From contig JBBDYC010000017.1 in NCBI GenBank assembly GCA_040901985.1, positions 96,001 to 160,000 of the forward strand: a stretch of 64,000 bases of DNA. The letters are read 5' to 3'. Within the stretch, counting starts at the first letter, position 1. Each line of letters starts with the position of its first letter. Below are positions 19,678 through 29,370 of the stretch, in pieces. The stretch comes from Gemmatimonadaceae bacterium (GTDB taxonomy: Bacteria; Gemmatimonadota; Gemmatimonadetes; Gemmatimonadales; Gemmatimonadaceae). The notes below the pieces were generated by a model. That model was not told where the DNA came from. It worked only from the letters and a program-made list of their open reading frames with translations, and did no database searches. The position numbers and the translations under genes are program-made.

Positions 19678-20166
19678 ATGCCAACCACCGCGAAGCCGGC
19701 TGAAGCCGCCGCTGAGAAGCCCCCCGTCGTCCCCCCCAAGCGCAGCCCCGGGCACCGCGGCGCCGACGTCCGCGACACCGTCGCCGAGATGGCGGCCAAG
19801 GCGCACGAGATCTCGCTCGAGGCCGGTAGCAAGATGGCAGCCGCGATGAAGGAAGTCATCGGCGCCGCCGCCGGTCTCTCCGCCTTTGCCATCGAGAGTG
19901 CGCGTGACCTCGTCCAGTACATGGTGCGCCGCGGACAGATGACGCAGGACGAGGCGGACAAGCTGATCCGCGAGGCGGAAGAGGCGTGGAGCAGGAAGCA
20001 CAAGGGCAGGTCGCCGACCGCGAAGTCCGGCGCCACCAAGGGCGCCAAGCCGGCGTCGCGTGCCGCGGCGGCCAAGAAACCGGCGGCCAAGAAGAAGCCT
20101 GCCGCCAGGAAGCCGGCGGTCAAGAAGAAGAAGCCCGCCGCCAAGAAGCCAGCGCCGAAGAAGTGA
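19678..20166 (+). CDS. Phasin-like protein with histone H1-like AAKK tail
   Basis: Helical core ..ARDLVQYMVRRGQMTQDEADKLI followed by KKPAAKK repeats. Confidence 0.75.
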   Translation: MPTTAKPAEAAAEKPPVVPPKRSPGHRGADVRDTVAEMAAKAHEISLEAGSKMAAAMKEVIGAAAGLSAFAIESARDLVQYMVRRGQMTQDEADKLIREAEEAWSRKHKGRSPTAKSGATKGAKPASRAAAAKKPAAKKKPAARKPAVKKKKPAAKKPAPKK

Positions 20167-20181
20167 CGTCCGGGGGCTCCC

Positions 20182-21369
20182 GTGCGGCGTGAAGCGAGCG
20201 CACCGCGCGGCGATGCCCTCGCGCTGACGCGCGCGCTCGTCGCCATCGACTCCCGGAACCCCGCCCTCGCCGACGACGGGCCGGGGGAGCGCGCCGCGGC
20301 CGAGCATCTTGCCGAGGTGCTCACAGCGTGGGGCTTTGCCGTGGATCTCCTCGAGGCGCTCCCCGGACGTCCCTGCGTCGTCGCCCGCATCGGCGGCGGC
20401 CACGGCGGCCGCTCCCTCCTGCTCAATGGCCACCTCGACACGGTCGGCGTCGAGGGGATGACGCATCCGCCCTTCACCCCCGCCGAGCGCGACGGACGGC
20501 TCTACGGTCGCGGGTCGGCGGACATGAAGGGCGGCATCGCCGCGATGTGCGCCGCCGCCGCCCGCGCCGCCGACCACGACCTCGGCGGCGAGGTCGTCCT
20601 CGCCATCGTCGTGGACGAGGAATGGGCCAGCGCCGGCACCAAGTTCCTCCTCGAGGCCGGCATCACCGCCCACGCCGCGATCGTCACCGAGCCGACGCGG
20701 CTCGCAATCTGTCCCGCCCACCGCGGATTCGCCTGGGCCGACGTCACGGTCCACGGGCGCGCCGCCCACGGCTCGCGCTACGACATCGGCGTGGACGCCA
20801 TCACCCACGCGGCGCACCTGATTGCCGAACTCGACGCCTTCCAGGCGAGGACGCTCGCCGCCCGGACGCATCCGCTCCTCGGCCACGCCTCACTCCACGT
20901 CGGCACGATCCAGGGCGGGAGCGGGATCAGCACCTACCCCGAGCGCTGCACCTTCAGCGTCGAGCGCCGCACCCTCCCCGGCGAGCGCGGCGCCGACTTC
21001 TTCGGCGAGCTCGACGCCGCCATCCAACGGGTCGGCGCGCGCGTCCCCGCGTTCCGCGCCGACGTCACGCCGCAACTCGTGCAGGAGCCAAACGACGTGC
21101 CACCCGACCATCCCCTCATCGCCGCGCTCTCCGACGCGTCGGCGAAGCACGGCGGGCGGGCGCCGATCGAAGGCCTCTCCTGCTGGACCGACGCCGCCCT
21201 CCTCAGCGCTGCCGGAATCCCGGCGCTCTGCTACGGACCCGGCGACATCGCGCTCGCCCACGCCGCCGAGGAGTGGGTTCCGGTCGCCGAGATTGTGCGG
21301 GCAACCGACGTGCTGACCGAGACGATCATCGCCTGGTGCGGGCCGAAGGGGGTCGCGTGGGGCAGTTGA
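20182..21369 (+). CDS. ArgE/DapE-family M20 deacylase
   Basis: NGHLDTV, GRGSADMKGG, DEE, TEPT and AHAAEE motifs. Confidence 0.9.
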   Translation: MRREASAPRGDALALTRALVAIDSRNPALADDGPGERAAAEHLAEVLTAWGFAVDLLEALPGRPCVVARIGGGHGGRSLLLNGHLDTVGVEGMTHPPFTPAERDGRLYGRGSADMKGGIAAMCAAAARAADHDLGGEVVLAIVVDEEWASAGTKFLLEAGITAHAAIVTEPTRLAICPAHRGFAWADVTVHGRAAHGSRYDIGVDAITHAAHLIAELDAFQARTLAARTHPLLGHASLHVGTIQGGSGISTYPERCTFSVERRTLPGERGADFFGELDAAIQRVGARVPAFRADVTPQLVQEPNDVPPDHPLIAALSDASAKHGGRAPIEGLSCWTDAALLSAAGIPALCYGPGDIALAHAAEEWVPVAEIVRATDVLTETIIAWCGPKGVAWGS

Positions 21370-21575
21370 CGGTGGCCGAGTACGACGCCCTCGAGCGCGC
21401 CATCACCGACGGCGCGCGAATCCTCGTCCAGCGGCGCGGGACGGACTTCCTCGTCATCCCGCAGAAGCTCGCCGTGATCAAGGGCCGCGAGGCAATCCAC
21501 GCGCGGCATCCCTCCACCGGCGCCGCGCTGGTGCTGTACCTGGACGAGGCCGACCGCGTGACGGTCGTGCGATGA
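21357..21575 (+). CDS. Small hypothetical protein (72 aa)
   Basis: GTG start with overlaps to both neighbours (ATGA coupling to rnhA) and high-GC3 codons. Confidence 0.65.
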   Translation: MGQLTVAEYDALERAITDGARILVQRRGTDFLVIPQKLAVIKGREAIHARHPSTGAALVLYLDEADRVTVVR

Positions 21576-22189
21576 GCGACGACTGGCCGCTGGTCGCGAT
21601 CTTCGCCGATGAGTCGTGCCTCGGCAACGGCCGCGAGGGCGACAATCCCGGCGGCGCAGGGGTCCTCCTCGAGTACCGGCACGCCGATGGCCGGATCACC
21701 CGCCGCGACCTCTGGATCAGCGAGCCCGCGACGACGAACAACCGGATGGCGTTGCGATCGGTGACCGAGGCGTTTCGCGCGCTCGGCGGCAAGGACGGGC
21801 GCTTTCGTGCCGTCTTCACCAGCGACTCGCGCTACATCGTGGACGGGATGACCAACTGGGTGCACGGGTGGGCCCGCGCCGGCTGGAAGCGGCGGACCGG
21901 CCCGATCGAGAACCTCGCGCTCTGGCACGACGCGCTGCGCGCCGCCGGCCCGCACGAGATTGCCTGGCGGTGGGTGAAGGGTCACGCCGGCCACCCGCAG
22001 AACGAGTATGCCAACGACCTCGCGACGCGCGCCGCCGCCGATCAGACGGCGTCCGACGGCGCCGTCCCGTCCGGCTTCGACGCGTGGCTCGCCGCGCGGC
22101 GCGCCAAGGGCCGCATTCGTGACGTGGTCGCCGCCTTCCCCGATGGCGAGGCGTTCCGCGCGTCCGCATCTTTGCCACGAGTGGAGTGA
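21572..22189 (+). CDS. rnhA: Ribonuclease HI
   Basis: ADESCLGN..PGG, TTNNRM, TSDSRY and WVKGHAGHPQNEYANDLA motifs. Confidence 0.92.
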   Translation: MSDDWPLVAIFADESCLGNGREGDNPGGAGVLLEYRHADGRITRRDLWISEPATTNNRMALRSVTEAFRALGGKDGRFRAVFTSDSRYIVDGMTNWVHGWARAGWKRRTGPIENLALWHDALRAAGPHEIAWRWVKGHAGHPQNEYANDLATRAAADQTASDGAVPSGFDAWLAARRAKGRIRDVVAAFPDGEAFRASASLPRVE

Positions 22190-22195
22190 ATCATC

Positions 22196-22870
22196 GTGGA
22201 TGCGCTTGATCTCCTGTTCCGTCGCGTTGTCCTCGCGGCCCGCGCGGCCGACGCCTTGGCGCGCCCGCTCGACGTCGGCGAGGTGCTGGAGAAGCTCGTC
22301 CCCTATCGCGCCGCGCGCCGCGACGGACTCCTCGAGACCAACGACGACTACCTCCACGCGCTGATGCGGCTCTTCTCCGGCGAACGCGACCTCATCTACG
22401 CCGACGAGTTGCTGCAGGACGACTTCAAGGCCGAGCTCGCCTCGCCGAATCCCGACCTCGGTCTCCTGCGCACCTACGTCAACGCGAGTCTCCGGCTCTC
22501 GACGACGGCGGTGCAGAAGGTCCTCGCCGGCGACACCGAGATTGACCTCCGCCCACCGACGCCGATCGCCACCGCGGCCGCCGTGCGCGCCGCCGCCGCG
22601 GCGACGGCCGAACCGCCGGCGTCGGAGCGGGTACCGTCATCCCAGCTCTTCGACGCGGTCGCCGCCCAAGCGCCCAAGGCCGCGCCGCCGCCCGCTGTCA
22701 CCGGCGAGGGCGGATGCCCGTACTGTGCCCAGCCGCTCCCCGGCGACCGCACCGTGAAGTATTGCCCCAGCTGTGGCCTCAACCTGCTCATCCGACGCTG
22801 CGCCGGATGCAGCGCGGAGATCGAATCCGGATGGAAATTCTGCGTCACCTGCGGCCGTTCTTCCTCGTAG
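22196..22870 (+). CDS. Double zinc-ribbon domain protein
   Basis: C-terminal CPYC/CPSC/CAGC/CVTC. Confidence 0.82.
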   Translation: MDALDLLFRRVVLAARAADALARPLDVGEVLEKLVPYRAARRDGLLETNDDYLHALMRLFSGERDLIYADELLQDDFKAELASPNPDLGLLRTYVNASLRLSTTAVQKVLAGDTEIDLRPPTPIATAAAVRAAAAATAEPPASERVPSSQLFDAVAAQAPKAAPPPAVTGEGGCPYCAQPLPGDRTVKYCPSCGLNLLIRRCAGCSAEIESGWKFCVTCGRSSS

Positions 22871-23925
22871 TCGCCGCCGCGGCGCTCGCGCTCCCCGTCG
22901 AGGCCCAGCGACGCGCTCCGGACCGGCCGGCCGCCCAGCCGGCCGCGCACTGGCCGGTGAAGACGCGCGAGCACGTGGACCTCTGGCTCCACGGCTTCGC
23001 GCTGATCCAGCCGGACACCGCCACCGTGCCGCTCTTCGACCGCGGCTACCGCGAGCGGATCACGATCCTCAAGAACTCGCGTGCCCTCGTCACCGAGTTC
23101 GACACGGCCAGCGTCGCGCTCGCCACGCTGGCCGCCGCGCGCCCCGATCTGGTCAACGCCCATTTCCTCGCCCTCTACTTCGGCTCGTGGGAGGAGCTCG
23201 TCCAGGCGTTCGACTACTTCTTCCGCGCCGACGGCGACCCGCGTCGCACCAACAACCGCGAGGTGCAGGGGATCGTCGCCTTCCTCGCCCAGTATTTTCC
23301 CCGTCCCGCCGATCGCGACTTCGCCCGTCGCTTTGTCGCCGGCCTCGCGCGCGAGCGCGCGCAGTTCCATCACGAGTGGTGGCTGGCCGAGCGGCGCGCC
23401 CGCGATGCCGGCCTCGCCGCCGCCGATTCGCTCTGGCAACACCGCTGGCGGCCGGCCCTGCAGCGCTACCTCAACCACACGCAACAGCCGAGCGGCGACC
23501 TGATCCTGACGCTCACCCTCGGCGGCGAGGGGCGCGCGCTCCCGGTGGGGAAGAGCACCAATCAGTACGCCGTCGCCTGGCCCGCCACCGCCGACTCCGC
23601 CGAAATTGTGCTGTTCACCTTCGCGCACGAGGCGATCGGCAGCGTCGCGCAGGTCGCGGTGGACGACCACCTGACGCCGGCGCAGAAGCGACTCGGCGCC
23701 GGCGCCACTTACGGGAGCGCCGGACTCGTCCGCGGCGGCGCCCTGCTCGTCGAGCGCGTCGAACCGGGGATGGGCGAGCGCTACGCCCGATGGTATCTCG
23801 CGCAGATGGGACGCCCGGTACCCGTGGGCGGCGCCCTCGCCGCGCTCTGCGAGGCCTTCCCGATGCCCGACGAGATGATTGCGTCAATGCAGCGCCAGAT
23901 TGACATCTCGTTCGGCGGAATCTGA
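22831..23925 (+). CDS. Secreted hypothetical protein
   Basis: Signal peptide (FFLVVAAAALALPVEAQ) and operon context. Confidence 0.75.
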   Translation: MEILRHLRPFFLVVAAAALALPVEAQRRAPDRPAAQPAAHWPVKTREHVDLWLHGFALIQPDTATVPLFDRGYRERITILKNSRALVTEFDTASVALATLAAARPDLVNAHFLALYFGSWEELVQAFDYFFRADGDPRRTNNREVQGIVAFLAQYFPRPADRDFARRFVAGLARERAQFHHEWWLAERRARDAGLAAADSLWQHRWRPALQRYLNHTQQPSGDLILTLTLGGEGRALPVGKSTNQYAVAWPATADSAEIVLFTFAHEAIGSVAQVAVDDHLTPAQKRLGAGATYGSAGLVRGGALLVERVEPGMGERYARWYLAQMGRPVPVGGALAALCEAFPMPDEMIASMQRQIDISFGGI

Positions 23926-23927
23926 CC

Positions 23928-24701
23928 GTGACCGACGTCCCGCCGCCCGTCCTCCACCGCGCCGCGCTCGAGCGCGTGCTGCTCCGCGCCGCCGAGTTGC
24001 AGGCCGCCAGCGCCGACGTGCCGGAGACGCTGACCGAGGCCGAGCTTTCCGAGCTCGCCGCCGAGGTCGGGATCACCCCCCTCGCGCTCCGGCAGGCGCT
24101 TCTCGAGGAGCGGATGCGCGTCGTCCTGCCCGAGGAGAGCGGGGCGCTCGCATCGCTCGCCGGCCCGGCGACCTTCGTGGCCAATCGCGTGCTGACCGGG
24201 ACGCCGAAGGAAATCCTCGCCCGGATGGACAGCGACCTGCTGCGGGAGGAGAACCTCAAGGAGCGTCGGCGATTTCCCGATCGCGTGGTCTGGGGGCCGC
24301 GCGGCGGTTTCGCCGGCGCAATCCGCGAGCTGACGCGGCTCGACGGGCGCGGCTTCCCGCTCGCCCGCGCCGATGAGGTCAGCGCGGTCGTCGTGGCCGC
24401 GGAAGGCGGCCGCGCGTATGTGCGGGTCGAGGCCACCCTCCACGGCCGTCGCGTCGGGGCCGCGCAGTCCGCCGCCGCCGGAATCGTCAGCGGTGCCCTG
24501 CTCGCCGCCGTCGCCATCGCGCTCTCGGTGATGACGCCCTTGGCCGTCGCCGGGGGTGCGGGAATCGCCGCCCTCGCCATCTGGACGTCCCGCCGCAACT
24601 ACCGGCGCGACGCCCGCTTCGCCCAGCTCGCGATCGAACAGACCCTTGACCGGATCGAGTTCGGCGAACCCAAACGACGAACGCTATTTTCCGGGCTATG
24701 A
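23928..24701 (+). CDS. Hypothetical membrane protein
   Basis: N-terminal helical LERVLLRAAELQ..LAAEVGI and two C-terminal TM segments. Confidence 0.75.
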   Translation: MTDVPPPVLHRAALERVLLRAAELQAASADVPETLTEAELSELAAEVGITPLALRQALLEERMRVVLPEESGALASLAGPATFVANRVLTGTPKEILARMDSDLLREENLKERRRFPDRVVWGPRGGFAGAIRELTRLDGRGFPLARADEVSAVVVAAEGGRAYVRVEATLHGRRVGAAQSAAAGIVSGALLAAVAIALSVMTPLAVAGGAGIAALAIWTSRRNYRRDARFAQLAIEQTLDRIEFGEPKRRTLFSGL

Positions 24702-25774
24702 CCAGCGCCCCGGCCCTCGCGACATCGGCGGATTCCGCCACCCGCATCCGCGAGGCCGAGCGCTTTGGACACGAGATCCTCCCCGACGTCTCGCGCACGT
24801 TCGCGATCAGCATCCGCTTCCTTCCCGGTACGTTGGGCCGGGCGGTCCGCACGGCGTACCTCCTCTGCCGGATCGCCGACACGATCGAGGACGACGGCGC
24901 CACGCCACCGACGCGACGCGCCGAGCTGCTCGACGAGTTCCTGCGGACGCTGGCCGACCGAGACGCCGCCGATCGCTTCCCCGCACTCGCCGCGTCGCTC
25001 CACGGCGACGCCGCGCACCTCGCGCTCGTTGCGCGGACCGACCTCGTCCTCGTGACCTTCCGCACCCTCCCGCCGCGCACGCGAGAGCGCGTCGCCCACT
25101 GGGTGCGCGAGATGGGACGCGGGATGGCGAAATTCGTCCGCACCTACCCGGCCGGCATCCGCATCCAGACGCTGGCCGAGTACAAGGAGTACTGCTACTA
25201 CGTCGCCGGCACCGTCGGCTGCCTGCTCACCGAACTCTGGCACGAGCACGCCAGCGCGATCGGGACGCGTGAGTTCGACCGGCTCTGGGTGAAGTGCCAG
25301 GCGTTCGGCGAGGCGCTGCAGACGGTGAACATCCTGAAGGACATCGCCTGGGACGCCCAGCACGAGAACGCCATCTACATCCCAGCGAGCGACCTCGCCG
25401 CGGAAGGCAGCGGGCACGACACCCTCCTCTCACCGGCGCACGTCGAGCACAATCGGAAGGCGGTCGCGCACTTCATCGAGCTCGCCCAGACCGATCTCGA
25501 CGACGCACTGGAGTACCTCCTGATGATTCCGCGGCGCGCGCTGGCGGTCCGCGCCTTCTGCGTCCTCCCCCTCCTCTTCGCCTTCGCCACGCTGCGCGAC
25601 CTTTCCGGCTCGCGGGCGATGCTCACCGTCGGCGGCACGGTGAAGATCTCGCGGCACGAGGTGAAGGCGTTGATGGTCGCCGGCCTGCTGGCGCTCGTCA
25701 GCAATACCGCGCTCCGTCGGCTCGTCCGCCGCGTGAAGGCCCGACCCTTCACGCTCGTCCCCGTCGGCACCTGA
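24698..25774 (+). CDS. Squalene/phytoene synthase family protein
   Basis: SRTF, DTIEDD, YCYYVAGTVG and LQTVNILKDIAWD motifs. Confidence 0.9.
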   Translation: MTSAPALATSADSATRIREAERFGHEILPDVSRTFAISIRFLPGTLGRAVRTAYLLCRIADTIEDDGATPPTRRAELLDEFLRTLADRDAADRFPALAASLHGDAAHLALVARTDLVLVTFRTLPPRTRERVAHWVREMGRGMAKFVRTYPAGIRIQTLAEYKEYCYYVAGTVGCLLTELWHEHASAIGTREFDRLWVKCQAFGEALQTVNILKDIAWDAQHENAIYIPASDLAAEGSGHDTLLSPAHVEHNRKAVAHFIELAQTDLDDALEYLLMIPRRALAVRAFCVLPLLFAFATLRDLSGSRAMLTVGGTVKISRHEVKALMVAGLLALVSNTALRRLVRRVKARPFTLVPVGT

Positions 25775-25788
25775 GCGCGCGCGTCCCG

Positions 25789-27435
25789 GTGAGCGCCGGC
25801 CTCTCCGTTCCGCACCGATTCCGGGGCGACTTCCGCACCGACGACGTGGCGCGGGCCGTCTACAGCGAGGCCGCCGGCGTCGGGCGGATCATCCCCGCCG
25901 CCGTTGCCGTCCCCGCGACCGTGGACGACCTCGTGACGCTGGTGGGCTGGGCCACCGCGTCCGGCCACTCCCTCGTGATGCGCGGGTCCGGAAGCTCGAT
26001 GGCCGGCGGCGCGATCGGCCCCGGCGTGATCGTGGACCTCGGTCGCCTCGACGCGTTCGGCCCCGTGCGCGCCGACGAGCGGCGGATCACCGTCGGTCCG
26101 GCGGTCACGCGTGACCGTGTGGAGGCCGAGGCGGCCCAGCACGACCTCATCTTTCCGGTGGACCCGTCGAGCGGTGCCTTCGCGACAATTGGCGGGATGT
26201 GCGCGACCAACGCCGGCGGCGTGCGCACCGTCCGTTACGGCCCGATGCGGCGCTGGGTGGCCGGCCTCGAGTGCGTCTTCGCCGACGGCTCACGCGGCTG
26301 GCTCAGGCGAGGCGCCGAGGCGCACGACCTCGCGCCGGTAAAGCGGTTCCTGAACGACGTCGCGCCGGGAGTGCGCCGCGCCGGTGCCGACGCCCTTCGC
26401 CACACCGACGTCCGCAAGGAGTCCTCCGGCTACGGCCTCGCCGACTGGCTCGAGAGCGGCGATGCGCTCGACCTGGTCATCGGCAGCGAAGGCACGCTGG
26501 CGTGCATCGTCGGCGTGGAACTGATGCTCGCCCCGTTGCCGATCGCCACCGCGTCGCTCGTCGCCGGGTTTCCCGACCTCGAGGGCGCGGCGGCGGCGGC
26601 GGGGAGGCTCGCCGCCGCCGGCGCCAGCGCGGTCGAGCTGCTCGATCGGAGCTTTCTCGAGATCGCCGCCAGCGCCGGCGAGCCGCTTCCCGTCGCGCTT
26701 CCTGCCGGTCTTGAAGGGGTCCTGGTGGTCGAGGTCGAGGCGACCACCGCCGCCCTCGCCGCGAGTGCCCTCTCCGAGCTTGCCGGCTGGTGCGACGCCG
26801 GCGGCGCGACCTTCATCACGCGAGCCGTCGAGCCGCACGAGGAGACGTTGCTCTGGACATTGCGCCACGCGGCGAGCCCGATCCTGACCCGACTCGCGCC
26901 GCGACTCCAGAGCCTGCAGCTTGTCGAGGATGGCTGCGTTCCGCCGGCGCGATTCGCCGAGTATGTGCGCGGCGTGCGGAGCGCGCTCGCCGACGCGCAA
27001 TTCCGCGGCGTGATATTCGGCCACGCGGGCGACGGCCACGCGCACGTGAATGTCCTCCTGGACGTGCACGAACCCGACTGGCGCGTGCGAATCGAGCGGC
27101 TCCTCCTCGACGTCACCGTGCTCGTCGCGCGACTGGGGGGCACCCTCGCCGGCGAGCACGGCGACGGCCGCCTGCGCGCGCCCCTTCTGCCGCGCGTCTG
27201 GCCCGCCGAGGCGGTGGCGCTCTTTGCCGCGACCAAGCGCGCCTTCGACCCCGCGGGAATCCTCAATCCCGGCGTGATCGTCGCTGCGGCCGGCGCCGTG
27301 CCGATTGACCACGTGAAGTACGACCCCGCGCTCCCCGCGCTCCCCGCCGCCGCGCGCGCCGCCCTCGACCTCGTCGTGCGGGAAAAGGCGTGGGCCCGCC
27401 ACCGCCTCGACCTCCTGCCTCCGTCATCGCAGTAG
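25789..27435 (+). CDS. FAD-linked oxidase (GlcD/D-lactate dehydrogenase-like)
   Basis: RGSGSSMAG, PVDPSS..TIGGM, GSEGTL, GHAGDG.H, GEHGDG and FDPAGILNPG motifs. Confidence 0.88.
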   Translation: MSAGLSVPHRFRGDFRTDDVARAVYSEAAGVGRIIPAAVAVPATVDDLVTLVGWATASGHSLVMRGSGSSMAGGAIGPGVIVDLGRLDAFGPVRADERRITVGPAVTRDRVEAEAAQHDLIFPVDPSSGAFATIGGMCATNAGGVRTVRYGPMRRWVAGLECVFADGSRGWLRRGAEAHDLAPVKRFLNDVAPGVRRAGADALRHTDVRKESSGYGLADWLESGDALDLVIGSEGTLACIVGVELMLAPLPIATASLVAGFPDLEGAAAAAGRLAAAGASAVELLDRSFLEIAASAGEPLPVALPAGLEGVLVVEVEATTAALAASALSELAGWCDAGGATFITRAVEPHEETLLWTLRHAASPILTRLAPRLQSLQLVEDGCVPPARFAEYVRGVRSALADAQFRGVIFGHAGDGHAHVNVLLDVHEPDWRVRIERLLLDVTVLVARLGGTLAGEHGDGRLRAPLLPRVWPAEAVALFAATKRAFDPAGILNPGVIVAAAGAVPIDHVKYDPALPALPAAARAALDLVVREKAWARHRLDLLPPSSQ

Positions 27436-27445
27436 TTTTGTCGCA

Positions 27446-27490
27446 CCTCTCCCATCTCACCTCTCACAGCTCACGTCTCCCATCTCCCCC
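27446..27490. repeat. Degenerate 7-mer pyrimidine-rich tandem repeat (TCTCMCN) upstream of thyX
   Basis: tctccca tctcacc tctcaca gctcacg tctccca tctcccc. Confidence 0.65.
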
Positions 27491-27494
27491 CAAG

Positions 27495-29339
27495 ATGCCC
27501 GAGTTTTTCTCCGAGCCCCGAATCACCGTCCTCTCGCGTCCGGCCTTTGCCGAACCCAGCCACCTCCCCGTGAACTGGCTGGGCCCGAGCACCGACGGCG
27601 AGCGGCTTGCCGAGTTCGCCGGCCGGCTCTGCTATATGAGCCAGAAGAATCCTGCCAGCCGCGAAACGCGGGAGTATCTCGAGAACATCAAAAAGCAGGG
27701 GCACGGCTCGGTGCTGGAGCACGCCAACTACTCACTGCTGCTTGAAGGCGTCTCACGGTCGCTCACGCACGAGTTGGTGCGGCACCGGGCGGGATTCGCC
27801 TACTGCTTGGACGGCGACACGTTGATTTACAGCGAACGGAAGGCATCAGGGCGGCGCAATGGCCCGACCAAGCGTCGCCTCAAGGATCTCTTCGCGATGA
27901 CGCTGAGTCCGCACGGACGTTCACGCCTCAAGCTCCTGCGACTGCGGTGTCTTGATGAAGCGACCGGGACGTTCACGACGGGGAAGGTGAAGGCGGTCAT
28001 CCGGTCGGGAATGAAGCCCGTCTTCACGGTGACACTCGAGGACGGCAAGACGATCACCTGCACGAAGGACCATCGTTTCCTGACGCCTGAGGGATGGCAG
28101 CGGCTCGAGGACGCGGTCGGCGGTCTTCGGATGAGCGCCGGCGGACTCGCAGTGGCTGGCCGGCTCGGGGGCGAACTGCTCGTCAACGGGGAGCTTGCGT
28201 ATCGCGACCGCGCCTGGCTGGAGGAGCAGTACGTCGCGCGTGCGTTCAGTCAGGAGAGCATCGCCCAGATGGCGGGCGTTTCAGCGCATACGGTCCGCGC
28301 GTGGATCAGGAAGCACGGACTGCAGAAGCCGCCGGGCTCGTGGTCGCGCGGACGGCGCCCGTGGAACGCGGGTATTCGGTATGTAGCCGGCTGGCGGCAC
28401 TTGTCGGTCACGAAGGCACTGCTCGCTGCCGCCAAGCGAGGCGAGAACAATCCGCAGTGGAGGGGCGGGATCACCCGGCACGCGGTGCAGCTTCGACAGG
28501 CGACGAACAGCCTCCGTGCCGAGGTGTTTGCGCGCGACGCGCACGCCTGCCGGCTTTGCGGTGTACGCGGTGGCCGCCTGACCCTGCACCACATCCTTCC
28601 ACTCTGGTCACGTCCCGACCTCGCAGCCGACGCGGCCAACCTCGCGACCGTGTGCAGCCGTTGCCATTCGGGCCGGGTGAACGGGCACGAGCTGGAGTTT
28701 GTCGAACGGCTCGGCCGTTCCCTCTCGGAGCTTGCTGCCCTGGGCGCCCGGGCGCGCGGTGGCGGACGCGTCCTCGTCCCGCGGCGACGGCGGATCGTAT
28801 CCGTGGAATACGCCGGCGAGCGCGACACCTATGACATCGAGATGGATGGGTCAAACCACAATTTCGTGGCGAATGGAATCGTCACCCACAACTCCCAGCT
28901 GAGCCAACGCTACGTGGACGAGTCCCACGCCGCGTTCGTGATTCCGCCGGCCATCCTCGGCGACGACGCCCTCGTCGCCGCGTGGACCGCGCAGATCGAG
29001 GCGGCGCAGGCGACGTATGTGGCGCTCGTCGAGAAGCTGATGGACCGCTACAAGTGGGTGGACGACAAGGTCCACCGGCGGAAGATGGCGCGCGAGGCGG
29101 CGCGCGGCGTGCTGCCGAACTCGACCGAGACGAAGATCGTCGTGACCGGGAACGCGCGCGCCTGGCGCACGATGCTCGAACTCCGGTCGAGCGAGGGAGC
29201 CGAGTTCGAGATCCGACGGATGGCGATTGCGGTGCTGCGGGTCCTGCAGGCGGAGGCGCCCGGATTCTTCAGCGACTTCGAGTTCTATATGGCCGCCGAC
29301 CGCGCAGAAGCCGCGCGGATCGCGTACCACAAGGTGTGA
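27495..29339 (+). CDS. thyX: Flavin-dependent thymidylate synthase precursor containing an intein (spliced product about 251 aa)
   Basis: GHGSVLEH, the motif HELVRHRAGFAY|SQLSQRY reconstituted after intein removal, REAARGVLP and EIR. Confidence 0.93.
   Translation: MPEFFSEPRITVLSRPAFAEPSHLPVNWLGPSTDGERLAEFAGRLCYMSQKNPASRETREYLENIKKQGHGSVLEHANYSLLLEGVSRSLTHELVRHRAGFAYCLDGDTLIYSERKASGRRNGPTKRRLKDLFAMTLSPHGRSRLKLLRLRCLDEATGTFTTGKVKAVIRSGMKPVFTVTLEDGKTITCTKDHRFLTPEGWQRLEDAVGGLRMSAGGLAVAGRLGGELLVNGELAYRDRAWLEEQYVARAFSQESIAQMAGVSAHTVRAWIRKHGLQKPPGSWSRGRRPWNAGIRYVAGWRHLSVTKALLAAAKRGENNPQWRGGITRHAVQLRQATNSLRAEVFARDAHACRLCGVRGGRLTLHHILPLWSRPDLAADAANLATVCSRCHSGRVNGHELEFVERLGRSLSELAALGARARGGGRVLVPRRRRIVSVEYAGERDTYDIEMDGSNHNFVANGIVTHNSQLSQRYVDESHAAFVIPPAILGDDALVAAWTAQIEAAQATYVALVEKLMDRYKWVDDKVHRRKMAREAARGVLPNSTETKIVVTGNARAWRTMLELRSSEGAEFEIRRMAIAVLRVLQAEAPGFFSDFEFYMAADRAEAARIAYHKV
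27804..28892 (+). mobile_element. Intein (363 aa) with HTH, NUMOD3-like motif and HNH homing endonuclease
   Basis: N-terminal CLDGDT, block B ITCTKDHRFLT, C-terminal TYDIEM..HNFVANGIVTHN followed by Ser+1. Internal CRLC..HHILP..NL..CSRCH. Confidence 0.95.
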
Positions 29340-29370
29340 GGTCACGCGGCGGCAAGCCGTCCTGACCCGT

